From contig JASGJH010000001.1 of assembly GCA_047601445.1 (NCBI GenBank), positions 7,360,001 to 7,424,000 on the forward strand: a stretch of 64,000 bases of DNA, read 5' to 3'. Within the stretch, counting starts at the first letter, position 1. Each line of letters begins with the position of its first letter. A model generated the notes under the pieces. It searched no databases. It worked only from the letters and a program-made list of their open reading frames with translations, and had not been told where the DNA came from. The DNA is from Myxococcales bacterium (GTDB lineage Bacteria > Myxococcota_A > Polyangia > Polyangiales > DASUME01). This document shows, in pieces, positions 28,839-37,565 of the stretch. The position numbers and the translations under genes are program-made.

Positions 28839-29765
28839 ATGACACGCTGCCGCACGACACGGGACTGCATCCGCGGGCTCTCGGCATGCCTGAGCATCCT
28901 GCTCGGTGCTTGCGTGCAAGAGACCTTCCTGCTCGGGAAAGCCGACCACGAGCGCGATGCATCAGAGGTGCCCGACGCGCGGGTGGACCCGGATGAGGAG
29001 CCCGACGCGGGTTCGGGCTCCGAATCGGACGCGGGCGAAGAGCCCCAGGCCACCAAGCCGCTGGTGGTGAGCATCGAGGTGCGCGGACGCGATCATGTGA
29101 TCGCGCTCGGTCTCGGCTGCGGGGCCGAGTGCGTGGACGTTCGTGTGCACGTGGCTGGCGGGATTCCTCCGTACCGCGTCGTATGGGACGACGGAGAACA
29201 GGGCGCCCATCGCGATTTGTGCGCTGATCCGACGCGCCAGCGGGGCGGGCTCGTGCAAGACGCGAACACCAAGGCGCGGGCATCGGCGAGCTTCTCGCTG
29301 GGCGTGGTGGACTACGACGCGTGCAGCTCGGAGGGGCCGTTCTATCGCACTTGCTTCGCCATCGCGCCGGCATCGGATCGATGTGCGAACTTGGAGGGGA
29401 CGCCCGCGACGTTCGACGTCGGCGAGCCCCTGCCAGAGGGAGGTCGCATCACCGCAGAGTTCGTGGTGAGCGACGCGAGCAGCTCAGCGCCCTACGTGAG
29501 CCTCTATCCAACGTCGGAGACCTGCGTCGGCTCGAGCGTTCTGAGCGGGACCTTCGAGAACCTGAGCGCCGCAGGTGACCCTGCGCGCCTGCTGTTCGAC
29601 GGTTACCTAGACGAGGACACCCGCTACCTGAGCCTGGGAGATCGTGCGCTCTTGCCGAGCAACCCGCCCGACGTGGCGGCTGCCGCCGGAGGTTTCTCCG
29701 GGGAGGTACTCTCGGCCGTGGTCTGCGAGTACACGCAGTACGAACCCAGCGACAGCGCTCCCTGA
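28839..29765 (+). CDS. Hypothetical lipoprotein (module 1 cargo)
   Basis: Lipobox LGAC, acidic DAG linker, and an Ig/PKD-like GG.PPY.V.W.DG motif. Confidence 0.65.
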   Translation: MTRCRTTRDCIRGLSACLSILLGACVQETFLLGKADHERDASEVPDARVDPDEEPDAGSGSESDAGEEPQATKPLVVSIEVRGRDHVIALGLGCGAECVDVRVHVAGGIPPYRVVWDDGEQGAHRDLCADPTRQRGGLVQDANTKARASASFSLGVVDYDACSSEGPFYRTCFAIAPASDRCANLEGTPATFDVGEPLPEGGRITAEFVVSDASSSAPYVSLYPTSETCVGSSVLSGTFENLSAAGDPARLLFDGYLDEDTRYLSLGDRALLPSNPPDVAAAAGGFSGEVLSAVVCEYTQYEPSDSAP

Positions 29766-29982
29766 CGAGCGAGGTTTTGGAGATTTTGCAGATCGTTGAT
29801 CGTGGTGGTGGAGATGGACTTTGACGGCGACGGCGTGCGTAGCCGCCCTCCCGGTTGACGATGAACGTCAGCCGCTTACGCACGCTGTCGCCGTAGGTGT
29901 CAAAGTCCACGTCGCCGTCGCCGATCAGGGTTCACATTGACGACCAAATCGAGGTCAACGTGCAGGAGCTGCCCCGACCGCG

Positions 29983-30984
29983 TCAGGGGAGGGCGATGCG
30001 CCCCGGCGCACTCTGGGTACCGCTCGCGGTATGGCAGCTGTTGCAGTCGCCGGATGGCACCTTACCGACCATGTGGCGCTCCTTGCCTCCTGAGAGAACC
30101 TTCGCGCTGATCGGAAAGGTCCTGCTCTTGGTGGAGTAGAAGTTGCCGCTGCTGTTGGGCGTCAAGCGCTCGACTGTGCCCTTGGCGTCGGTGATTTCGA
30201 CCTGGATGCCACTGCCGTTCGCGCCGTTGCAGTCGTCCGGCTCGTGTCCCGTCGGATAGATGGTGCCCGCGACCGTGAAGCGCGGAGCGCCGCCGTGCTT
30301 GGAGTGGCAGTCGATGCAGGCGCGTCCGGGATGCATCAACGCGTTGCCGATGTCGCCGAAGAACCAGGTCGAACCGCTCGTGCACTTGGTGGCGCCCGCG
30401 AAGGCGGGGTCACTCGTCGGAGCCGTGTCGCCGTCGCCATCACCGCTGACATCGCCATCGCCGTCGCCCGCAGGCGTCACCGTGTCGTCGCAGGTCTCGG
30501 AGGGCATGCCATCGTTGACCCAGGCTGCGAAGGCCGAGATCTCCGCGCTCGTCGGGCGCGGCGTGACGGGCGGCATGCGGTCGGTGCCCTTCGAGCGCAG
30601 ACGCGTGAGCGCGTCGTGGGCGAGGTCGATCTTCTTGTTCGTCGGAGACGGTTGCCAAAGCGCACCCGCGGTCAGCAAACTCACGTGGGCGCCGCCCGAA
30701 GGACGCTTTCCATGGCAGGTCACGCAGTAGGTCTGAAGCAGGTCCGACACCTCGCATGGGAGCGACTTTTTGCTCGTTGGAACGTCTCCATCCCCGTCGC
30801 CATCGCCATCGCCATCGCCATCGCCGTCGCCATCGCCATCGCCCGACACGTTGTCCTCGTCGGAATTGGTATCGGTTCCTCCGAGGGTTCCACTGGGTCC
30901 CGCGGCCGAGCCCGGGTTGCAGGCACTGAGGCTCAGCGCGAGCGCGGAGCCACCAAGCAGAGCTGTAATTTTGCGAAGAGACAT
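29983..30984 (-). CDS. Tri-heme c-type cytochrome lipoprotein with GD repeats
   Basis: Lipobox LSAC; heme motifs CVTCH, CIDCH and CNSCH; GD tracts. GGAGGAAG RBS. Confidence 0.82.
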   Translation of the reverse strand: MSLRKITALLGGSALALSLSACNPGSAAGPSGTLGGTDTNSDEDNVSGDGDGDGDGDGDGDGDGDGDVPTSKKSLPCEVSDLLQTYCVTCHGKRPSGGAHVSLLTAGALWQPSPTNKKIDLAHDALTRLRSKGTDRMPPVTPRPTSAEISAFAAWVNDGMPSETCDDTVTPAGDGDGDVSGDGDGDTAPTSDPAFAGATKCTSGSTWFFGDIGNALMHPGRACIDCHSKHGGAPRFTVAGTIYPTGHEPDDCNGANGSGIQVEITDAKGTVERLTPNSSGNFYSTKSRTFPISAKVLSGGKERHMVGKVPSGDCNSCHTASGTQSAPGRIALP

Positions 30985-31022
30985 GCTTCCTCCCTCGACA
31001 CCGGGGCGCGAACGAGGGACTA

Positions 31023-31046
31023 ATGGCCAGCGTACGTTGGATCCGT
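31023..31046 (-). promoter_or_regulatory. Putative ECF promoter ACGGA-N13-GGCCAT for the tri-heme cytochrome gene
   Basis: Minus strand reads ACGGAtccaacgtacgctGGCCAT, the same architecture as 32258-32281. Confidence 0.6.
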
Positions 31047-31085
31047 TTGAGGGTTAGAAGAGTCTTGGTGCGAAGCGCGCGTCTG

Positions 31086-32258
31086 ATGGGCGAGAGAGTA
31101 TCCGAGCGGCTCACGCGGCAGGGCTTCGGGCTCGCGCTTCATGCCTTCTTGGCCGCATTTGTTCTGCTGCCCACCACGTCGCATGCGCAGCACGACGCGG
31201 GGACCCTCGAGTTCACGGCGGTTCAGGGATGCCCCAGCGCGCCGTGGATCAAGCAGCGAGTGTCAGCGCTGCTCGCCCCCCAGTCGTGGCCGGCCGACGT
31301 GCGTGCCCGCGCCAACATCCGCAAGGTCGGGACCCGCCTGCGCCTGTCCTTGAGTGTCGGTCGCGCCGAGGTCCAAAGTCAGCGCACCCTCGAGGCCCAC
31401 GACTGCACGGAGCTGGCCGAGGCTACGGCTTGGTTGATCGCGCTCGCCATCGATCCCGAGATCCGACGCGGGCCGGTCCAGGAAGCCGCAGACGCGGGTG
31501 ACGTGGATGACAGCGAACATGCCGTCGAGGGCAGCAGCACCTCGGCTGCTGGCCATGGGCCCGACGACGGCGCCGAGCCGCGAAATTCGGCGAACTCCAC
31601 CGCTTCCGCAGCTGGAAGCAGCGCGTCCTCAGACGCTCCCCACTCCAAGCAGCAGCCGCCAGCGAGCACGCCTACGCGCGATCGAACGAAGGCCGCGCAA
31701 AATGTGCGCGAGGACGTCCGAGCACCCGGGCCGCCGCGCGAGCGCTGGGGTCGCGTCGGAGCTTTCGGCGGCGTCTGGGGCGCCCATCTGCCAGCGCCTC
31801 AGGCCTCCCTCGGCGCGCGCGCAGGTTTCGGTTTGGAGCGCCTCTACGTGGAAGCTCGCTATGCCTACATGTTCGAGCGTTCACAGTCGGTGGAGCTCCC
31901 AGCCCGTGCCGCCGTGGTGGGATTTTCGACGCAGGAGCTGGCGCTGGCCCTCTGCGGACAATGGGTGTTGGGCAGCTTGCGCGCAGGGCCCTGCGCGGTG
32001 CTCAGCGGCCTTCGCTCCAAGGGACGTGCGGAGGGCATCACCGACCCCCGTGAGGACACGCGAACTTGGCTAACGGCGGGGCTCTCGGCCTACGGGGGGT
32101 GGATGTTTCGTTCGCTATTCGAAATAAGCCTGGAGCTGGGCGCCAACCTCGCCATGAGCCCGCGCCCTCGCTACACGATCGCGACGGATCGAGAGGTAGC
32201 GCACGCGGGCCTGGGATCCGGCTATGCGAGACTCGGCCTCGGCGTACGATTTCGCTGA
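31086..32258 (+). CDS. ECF-associated exported protein, copy 2
   Basis: Signal ending SHA-Q, GCPS and RTLEAHDCTELAEATAWLIALAID motifs, low-complexity linker, beta-rich C-domain ending LGVRFR. Confidence 0.72.
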   Translation: MGERVSERLTRQGFGLALHAFLAAFVLLPTTSHAQHDAGTLEFTAVQGCPSAPWIKQRVSALLAPQSWPADVRARANIRKVGTRLRLSLSVGRAEVQSQRTLEAHDCTELAEATAWLIALAIDPEIRRGPVQEAADAGDVDDSEHAVEGSSTSAAGHGPDDGAEPRNSANSTASAAGSSASSDAPHSKQQPPASTPTRDRTKAAQNVREDVRAPGPPRERWGRVGAFGGVWGAHLPAPQASLGARAGFGLERLYVEARYAYMFERSQSVELPARAAVVGFSTQELALALCGQWVLGSLRAGPCAVLSGLRSKGRAEGITDPREDTRTWLTAGLSAYGGWMFRSLFEISLELGANLAMSPRPRYTIATDREVAHAGLGSGYARLGLGVRFR

Positions 32259-32281
32259 CGGAAAGGCGCCCCCGTGGCCAT
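32258..32281 (+). promoter_or_regulatory. Putative autoregulatory ECF promoter ACGGA-N13-GGCCAT
   Basis: ACGGAaaggcgcccccgtGGCCAT ends 10 nt before ATG32292 of the module 2 sigma. Confidence 0.6.
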
Positions 32282-32291
32282 CAGGGATTTG

Positions 32292-32849
32292 ATGAGTGCG
32301 CCTCTTACGCGCGTGGGCTCGGCCGAAGCCGCGGTACCTCGCGGGCAAGAACGATCCTTCGAGGCACTCTACGACGCCCACTTCGACTTTGCCTGGCGCA
32401 CCCTGAGGCGCCTGGGGGTGCACGTGTCCGTGCTCGATGACGCCGCCCAGGACACCTTCGTCGTTCTGCACCGGAGACTCTCGGAGCTGCGCCCCGACGC
32501 CTCTCCTCGCGCCTTCGTGTTCGCCATTGCCCAGCGCGTCGCCCACGACTATCGCCGCTCGGCCCGCCGCAAGCCCACGAGCTCGCTCGAGGCGGAGATC
32601 GTCTCGCGCGAGGCGAGTCCCTTCGAGGACACGGCCAAGGCCCAGGCGAGCCGGCTGGTGCAGCGCTTCCTCGGCGAGCTCGACGAAGACAAGCGAGCCG
32701 TGTTCATGCTGGCGGATCTCGAAGAGATGAGCGCACCGGAGATCAGTGAAGCCCTGGCGGTGAACCTCAACACGGTCTACTCCCGCTTGCGCGCTGCGCG
32801 GCAGCGTCTGGTGGAATTTCTCGAGAAGGAAGGAGCGCACCGTGGTTGA
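32292..32849 (+). CDS. ECF sigma-70 factor (module 2)
   Basis: Motifs FAWRTLRRLGV...DDAAQDTFVVLHRRL and APEISEAL.VNLNTVYSRLRAAR. Confidence 0.9.
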   Translation: MSAPLTRVGSAEAAVPRGQERSFEALYDAHFDFAWRTLRRLGVHVSVLDDAAQDTFVVLHRRLSELRPDASPRAFVFAIAQRVAHDYRRSARRKPTSSLEAEIVSREASPFEDTAKAQASRLVQRFLGELDEDKRAVFMLADLEEMSAPEISEALAVNLNTVYSRLRAARQRLVEFLEKEGAHRG

Positions 32850-33597
32850 TCTGCCTCCGGACGCCAAGCGGCTCCTGGCCCTGGCTCGAGATGCCGACAA
32901 TCCACCGCCCGGCGCTCGCGAAGAAGTGCGGCGCGCGGCCCTGGCCACGCTGGCTGCGGGCGGCCCTTCGCCGACGAGTTTGAATGCGCCTCCGAGTGGA
33001 GCGCAACCGTGGGGGCTACTCGGGAAGCTCAAGGTGTTCTTGGCCGCTTTCACCTTGGCGGGCGTGGGCTTGCTCGGCTATCGAGCCACCCATTCCGAGG
33101 TTGCCTCGGTGGAGGTGCGCAGTGCGGCGAGCCCCACGAGCGGGTTGCAGTTGCGCCCCGAGGTTGCGCCCCTGCTTCTCCAGTCACCTTCCGTGAAGCC
33201 CTTGCTCGGCGCCGCGGCGCCGCCTTCGGTCGAGGCGTCCCCACCGGTACACGCCCCCGCGCGAGCGCAACGTCCGGCGGTGCGCGAGCTGCCGCGGCTC
33301 GACTTGAAAGGCGACATGGCGCTGCTCGAGCGCGCCACCGATGCGCTCTCTCATCAGCGTGCCCAGATCGCTCTGGACTTGCTGGCCCAGCACCGCGCTC
33401 GCTTCGCTACCACGGCGTTTCCCGACGAGCGCGCGGGGCTCACCGTGATCGCCCACTGTCAGTTGGGCACGGCATCCGCTGCCGTCGAAGCCACGGGCTT
33501 CCTGCGCAGTACGCCCGGGTCGCTGCTCGCTGCGCGCGTGCGCTCGGCCTGCGGCGTCGAGGGGCAGCCCGAGCACCAACCCAAGGAGACGCGATGA
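32842..33597 (+). CDS. Putative anti-sigma factor (TM + TPR-like), module 2
   Basis: GTG start overlaps the end of the sigma gene, with a GAAGGAG RBS. N-terminus MVDLPPDAKRLL resembles module 1 MAELPHDARRAL. One TM, then H..RF...FPDER. Confidence 0.72.
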   Translation: MVDLPPDAKRLLALARDADNPPPGAREEVRRAALATLAAGGPSPTSLNAPPSGAQPWGLLGKLKVFLAAFTLAGVGLLGYRATHSEVASVEVRSAASPTSGLQLRPEVAPLLLQSPSVKPLLGAAAPPSVEASPPVHAPARAQRPAVRELPRLDLKGDMALLERATDALSHQRAQIALDLLAQHRARFATTAFPDERAGLTVIAHCQLGTASAAVEATGFLRSTPGSLLAARVRSACGVEGQPEHQPKETR

Positions 33598-33932
33598 AGA
33601 CGCTCCGGGTACTCGCGTGCCTGGTGTGTCTCGTCGGCTGCGACGCCTTCCAGACCGGTTCGCTCGGCGACGATCGCGAAGACCTGAGCGACGCAGGAGT
33701 GGGCTCTCCAGAGCAGCAATCGATGGCGGACTCAGGCGCGCGAGATGGCGGCACGAAGATCCCCTCCGAAAAGGACCCACCCGTGGCCCGCGCCGACGCC
33801 GGTGATGGCGACGACGGCGACAAGCACGACGACGACGACGACCCGGACGCGGGAGCTGACGCCGGAAGCGACGCGGGGACGAGTCTCCTGTGCCGTCTCT
33901 CGCCCCATGAGTGCATGGAGCACGGTCTCTGA
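33594..33932 (+). CDS. Small acidic lipoprotein (module 2 cargo)
   Basis: ATGA overlap with the upstream gene, AAGGAG RBS, lipobox LVGC, Asp-rich DAG repeats. Confidence 0.7.
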   Translation: MKTLRVLACLVCLVGCDAFQTGSLGDDREDLSDAGVGSPEQQSMADSGARDGGTKIPSEKDPPVARADAGDGDDGDKHDDDDDPDAGADAGSDAGTSLLCRLSPHECMEHGL

Positions 33933-33949
33933 CCCGTCACGCGTGTCGC

Positions 33950-34390
33950 TCAACGCGCGCGCAAAGCCAGTGCCACCGTCTCCTGCGCGCCGCCGAGTTG
34001 GCGATACATGTGCTCGGCCGTGGCCACGATCCGACGCGGTAGCTCGGCGCAGGACTGCGAGCAGCGCAGGTGCGCGATGCCGTTGCGCCCGTCGGGTAAC
34101 GTCCACAGCAAGGTCGCGTGTTGGTGCCCGAGCATCACGGACAGCTGACCGAGCTTCGCGTGGCGAGCTTTGCCGTGCGCGCTGACCTTCACGCCCAGCG
34201 AAGCCTCGAGTGAGCGCACCAGATCACTCGTCTGTAGCCGCGCATCGCGGCCGGCCGAACCCACGACGACCAAGGCGAGGCCCGGACGTGCTGCGGCATT
34301 CAGGCGCGTATCCGATGCGTGCGCGTGGGATGCCACGAGCACGAGCGAGAAGAGACTCAACAGGACGTACGCAGCGATGGGGCGGGGCAT
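33950..34390 (-). CDS. Hypothetical secreted protein
   Basis: AAGGAG RBS upstream; signal peptide ending AHA-S. No motif recognised. Confidence 0.55.
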   Translation of the reverse strand: MPRPIAAYVLLSLFSLVLVASHAHASDTRLNAAARPGLALVVVGSAGRDARLQTSDLVRSLEASLGVKVSAHGKARHAKLGQLSVMLGHQHATLLWTLPDGRNGIAHLRCSQSCAELPRRIVATAEHMYRQLGGAQETVALALRAR

Positions 34391-34766
34391 CGGGGGGAGC
34401 TCCTTGGGACCGTCGCAAGCGGTCTTGTCCGCACACTTCCGCAAACCACGTGCCACCCCCGCGCGCGAGGCCGACAAGCGTTCTTGTCGGGCGCGTCGTT
34501 CGCCCGGAATCTCCCAGCTTTCCGTGGGTCGATGTGGGGCAGTAAACCAGCGGTGGCGGGTGCACCCATGACCTCGAAAGGTCGCTTGGGGGCAGGCCGC
34601 TCCCTCAACGTGGTCGAGCCTGCGTGGCAGAGCGCCACGATCCGAGGCGACTTGGTCGAATGCGCATTTTCAGGCCATGGAATGAGCCGCAGCGTGCAAC
34701 CAACCACCACCGAACATGTCCCAATTCCGACCGTCGCTGCGCAACACACCTACCTTTCGAAGCTGC

Positions 34767-37168
34767 ATGTCGTTCGTTACCCTGGCCGGAATGGCGGGAA
34801 AGAAGGGCCTGGGAAGGAAGCGTGCGCTGCCCCTGCGCGCGTGGACGCTTGCAAGCTGTGTCGTCGCGTTGGGTGCTTGCAGCGATAGCGCCAAGCATTC
34901 GAGCCCCGAAGCCAGCGAGTTTGCCTTGAGCGGCCGTGCCTTTGGTAGCGACGTCGGTCAACCGATCGTCGGAGCCGGCGTAGCCATCGGCAAGAAGAGC
35001 GTGAACACCGACGCGCAGGGCGGCTTCGAGCTGACCTACACGCAGGACGACGGCACCAAGCTGATCGTGAGCGAGAAGGAATATGCGCCGGTAAGCAAGG
35101 AGGCTCCCGCGGGTAAGGGCTACCTCGAGGTGTTCGCCAAGCGCATCGACGCGAGCGTGAAGATCGACGCGGACAAGGGAGGCTCCGTGCGCTCCAGCAA
35201 GGGCGCTGGCGTCTCCGTGAAGGCGGGCTCGCTCGTGGACAAGGACGGCGTGAGCAGCAAGATGGCCGAGCTGTCGGTGGCGGCTCCCGACTCCAAGCGC
35301 ACCAAGGAGCTCGCCACGTTGCCTGGCGACTTCGACGCCAAGGGCAAAGGCGTCACCGGCAAGCTCTCGGCCGGCTCGGCAGTGTTCGTCGGGGCCCGTG
35401 AGGACGACAAGGCGCTCGAGCTGGTGCAGGGACAGAAGGCGACCCTCACCGTTCCGGTGCACGAGAAGAAGAAGGCCGCCGAGCCCACGCTCTACTGGTT
35501 CGACGAGGCACAGAACGCGTGGTTGGAGCTAGGGCCTGCGGTCGCCGCGGACGACAGCGAAGGTCTATCGGTGTACAGCGCGGAGATCGATCGACTGGGT
35601 TGGTTCGCGGTGGGCGAGTTGATCAGCGAGCTCACGTGCCTCCACGTGTGCGTGGAGCAGGCGGATCAACAGCCGGCGCGGTTTGCGCAAGTGGTGGCGA
35701 GCGGCGTGGAGTTGTTCACGCGCAGCAGCGCGTTCGCGGGCGAGGATGGCTGTGCAGTGGTCGAGGTCCCAGCGCACGCGCAGGTCACGTTGAGCGCCCA
35801 GGCGCGAAGCGGGGCGGCGCCGGCCGTGGTGTTCGCCACCGGCAGTGGCGGCCAGGTCGCTGATGGGGCCAGCTGCCAAGCGGCGCCCAAGCTCGTGCTG
35901 AGCGCGCCGGCCGCAGGGAGTTGCCCGCTCGGGTTCACGCCGTGCGCGGGCGCATGCATCGATCCCACGGACGATCCGCTGCACTGCGGCACCTGCGACG
36001 TGAGCTGCGCCGCGGAGGCCTGTGTGGCGGGGGCGTGCGGCGATCCAGTTGCACAACCTGACGCGGGCAGCGTCGACGCGGGGGGGACTCCGACGCGAGC
36101 ACGCCCGAGCTCGACGGCGGTGGCATGCTTGGGTCCGATGCCAGCGCCTGTTTCTTCCACCCTGGGCTCGCGCCTGACGTGGGAACCGTGGGTACGAACT
36201 TGGTGCCGTTCGTGTTCTTCACGCTGTGGGTCGACCCAGTGAACGGCAGCGACACCGCCGACGGCTCCATGGCCACGCCGATCAAGACCATCAAGCATGC
36301 GCTGCAGCAGATCGCGCCTGGCGACCTGGCCGATATCCACCTCAAGGACGGCACCTACAACGCCGCGAGCGGCGAGACCTTCCCCATCACGCTGCCCGCA
36401 GGCGTGTCGCTCCAGGGCTCGACCAGCTCGGTGATCGCGGGCTCGGGGGCCTACGCCGGCAACGCCACCGCCGTGGTAGCCGAGGGCGGCAACACCATCA
36501 CCAGCGTCACCTTCGACGTGGGCGCCCCCTCCAACACCTATGGCGTGATCAGCACGAGCGGCGTCAGCATCAGCTCGAGCACGTTCCGCAACGGCTTCGG
36601 CGGCGTGTTCGCGTCGAGCGGTGATGTGACCATTAGCCTGACCACCTTCGACACCACGGGCGTCGGCGTGTATCGCTGCGGGGCGGGCAGCATCGTCAAC
36701 TCCACCTTCGTCGCGATGTCGACTCCGATCTTGTTGACCGACGGCTCATGCACGCTTCAGGACAACCAGATTGGCGGCAGCGGTGGCGTAGGCGTGGAGA
36801 TGCAGTCCACGGGCGTCCACAGCTTGGTCCACAACACCTTCGCTCGCGGGGCCGGCTACACGAATGGCGCGGTCCACATGAGCGGCGCAGTCCAGGTCGT
36901 CATGCGCAACAACGATATCCAGGCAGTGGCGCAGGTCGCGGTCTTCAGTGAAGACATGACCTATCTCGATCTCGGCACGCCGAGTGATCCGGGGCAAAAC
37001 AAGCTTGGTCGCGTGGATGCCGTGGGCATCGATCACCGCTCGAGTGCCACGATTCCCGCTTTTGGAAACACCTGGGCACACGAGCCTCCCGCCGCAAACG
37101 TAGACATCAAGCAGTTTCCGGGGGCGGGGCAGGTAGCTGTGGCTGCTGGCGACTTCTGCGCCATTTGA
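34767..37168 (+). CDS. Large surface lipoprotein (carboxypeptidase-regulatory-like domains, Cys-rich repeat, DUF1565/beta-helix C-terminus); frameshift in G7 tract at 36080-36086
   Basis: Lipobox LGAC and a C.D...D..HCG.C repeat. The second frame continues DSDASTPELDGGG...WVDPVNGSD.ADGS...P.KTI..AL...GTY. Adding one G joins ORFs 34716..36242 and 36125..37168. Start uncertain. Confidence 0.7.
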
Positions 37169-37199
37169 GCGGAGCTCGCGACTTCAAATGAGCGAAGCT

Positions 37200-37403
37200 T
37201 CAGTGCCCAAGTAGGTCGTGCAAAGCATTGTTCAGGCGCGACGTGGCTGCGGGCTGAGCGGTCGTCTCGTTGTCGGTCGGCGATTGCTGCTGGCGGACGT
37301 AGCTACGCGCAGCCATCACCATCATCGAGGTGGTGGTGGCGATGAAGAGCGCGCAAACGGCGAAACAGCGCCAACGACTAGTCGGCTTGGGCTGGCTGCT
37401 CAT
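37200..37403 (-). CDS. Small hypothetical single-TM protein
   Basis: Short ORF with one hydrophobic segment. Start uncertain (37403 or 37481). Confidence 0.4.
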   Translation of the reverse strand: MSSQPKPTSRWRCFAVCALFIATTTSMMVMAARSYVRQQQSPTDNETTAQPAATSRLNNALHDLLGH

Positions 37404-37565
37404 ATTTTCACTATGCCCCGTCTCCTCTGAGTCTGCTCGCTCGAGAGGAGGAGAGAGCGGCGATTCAAAGCGGGTGGACACGCATCTTGCCTGCGTGCCC
37501 GCAAGCGAGACGGTTGTGCACGCGTTCCACGTGTCTCGGTGGTGCGCGGTCCGCCATTGCAGCCA

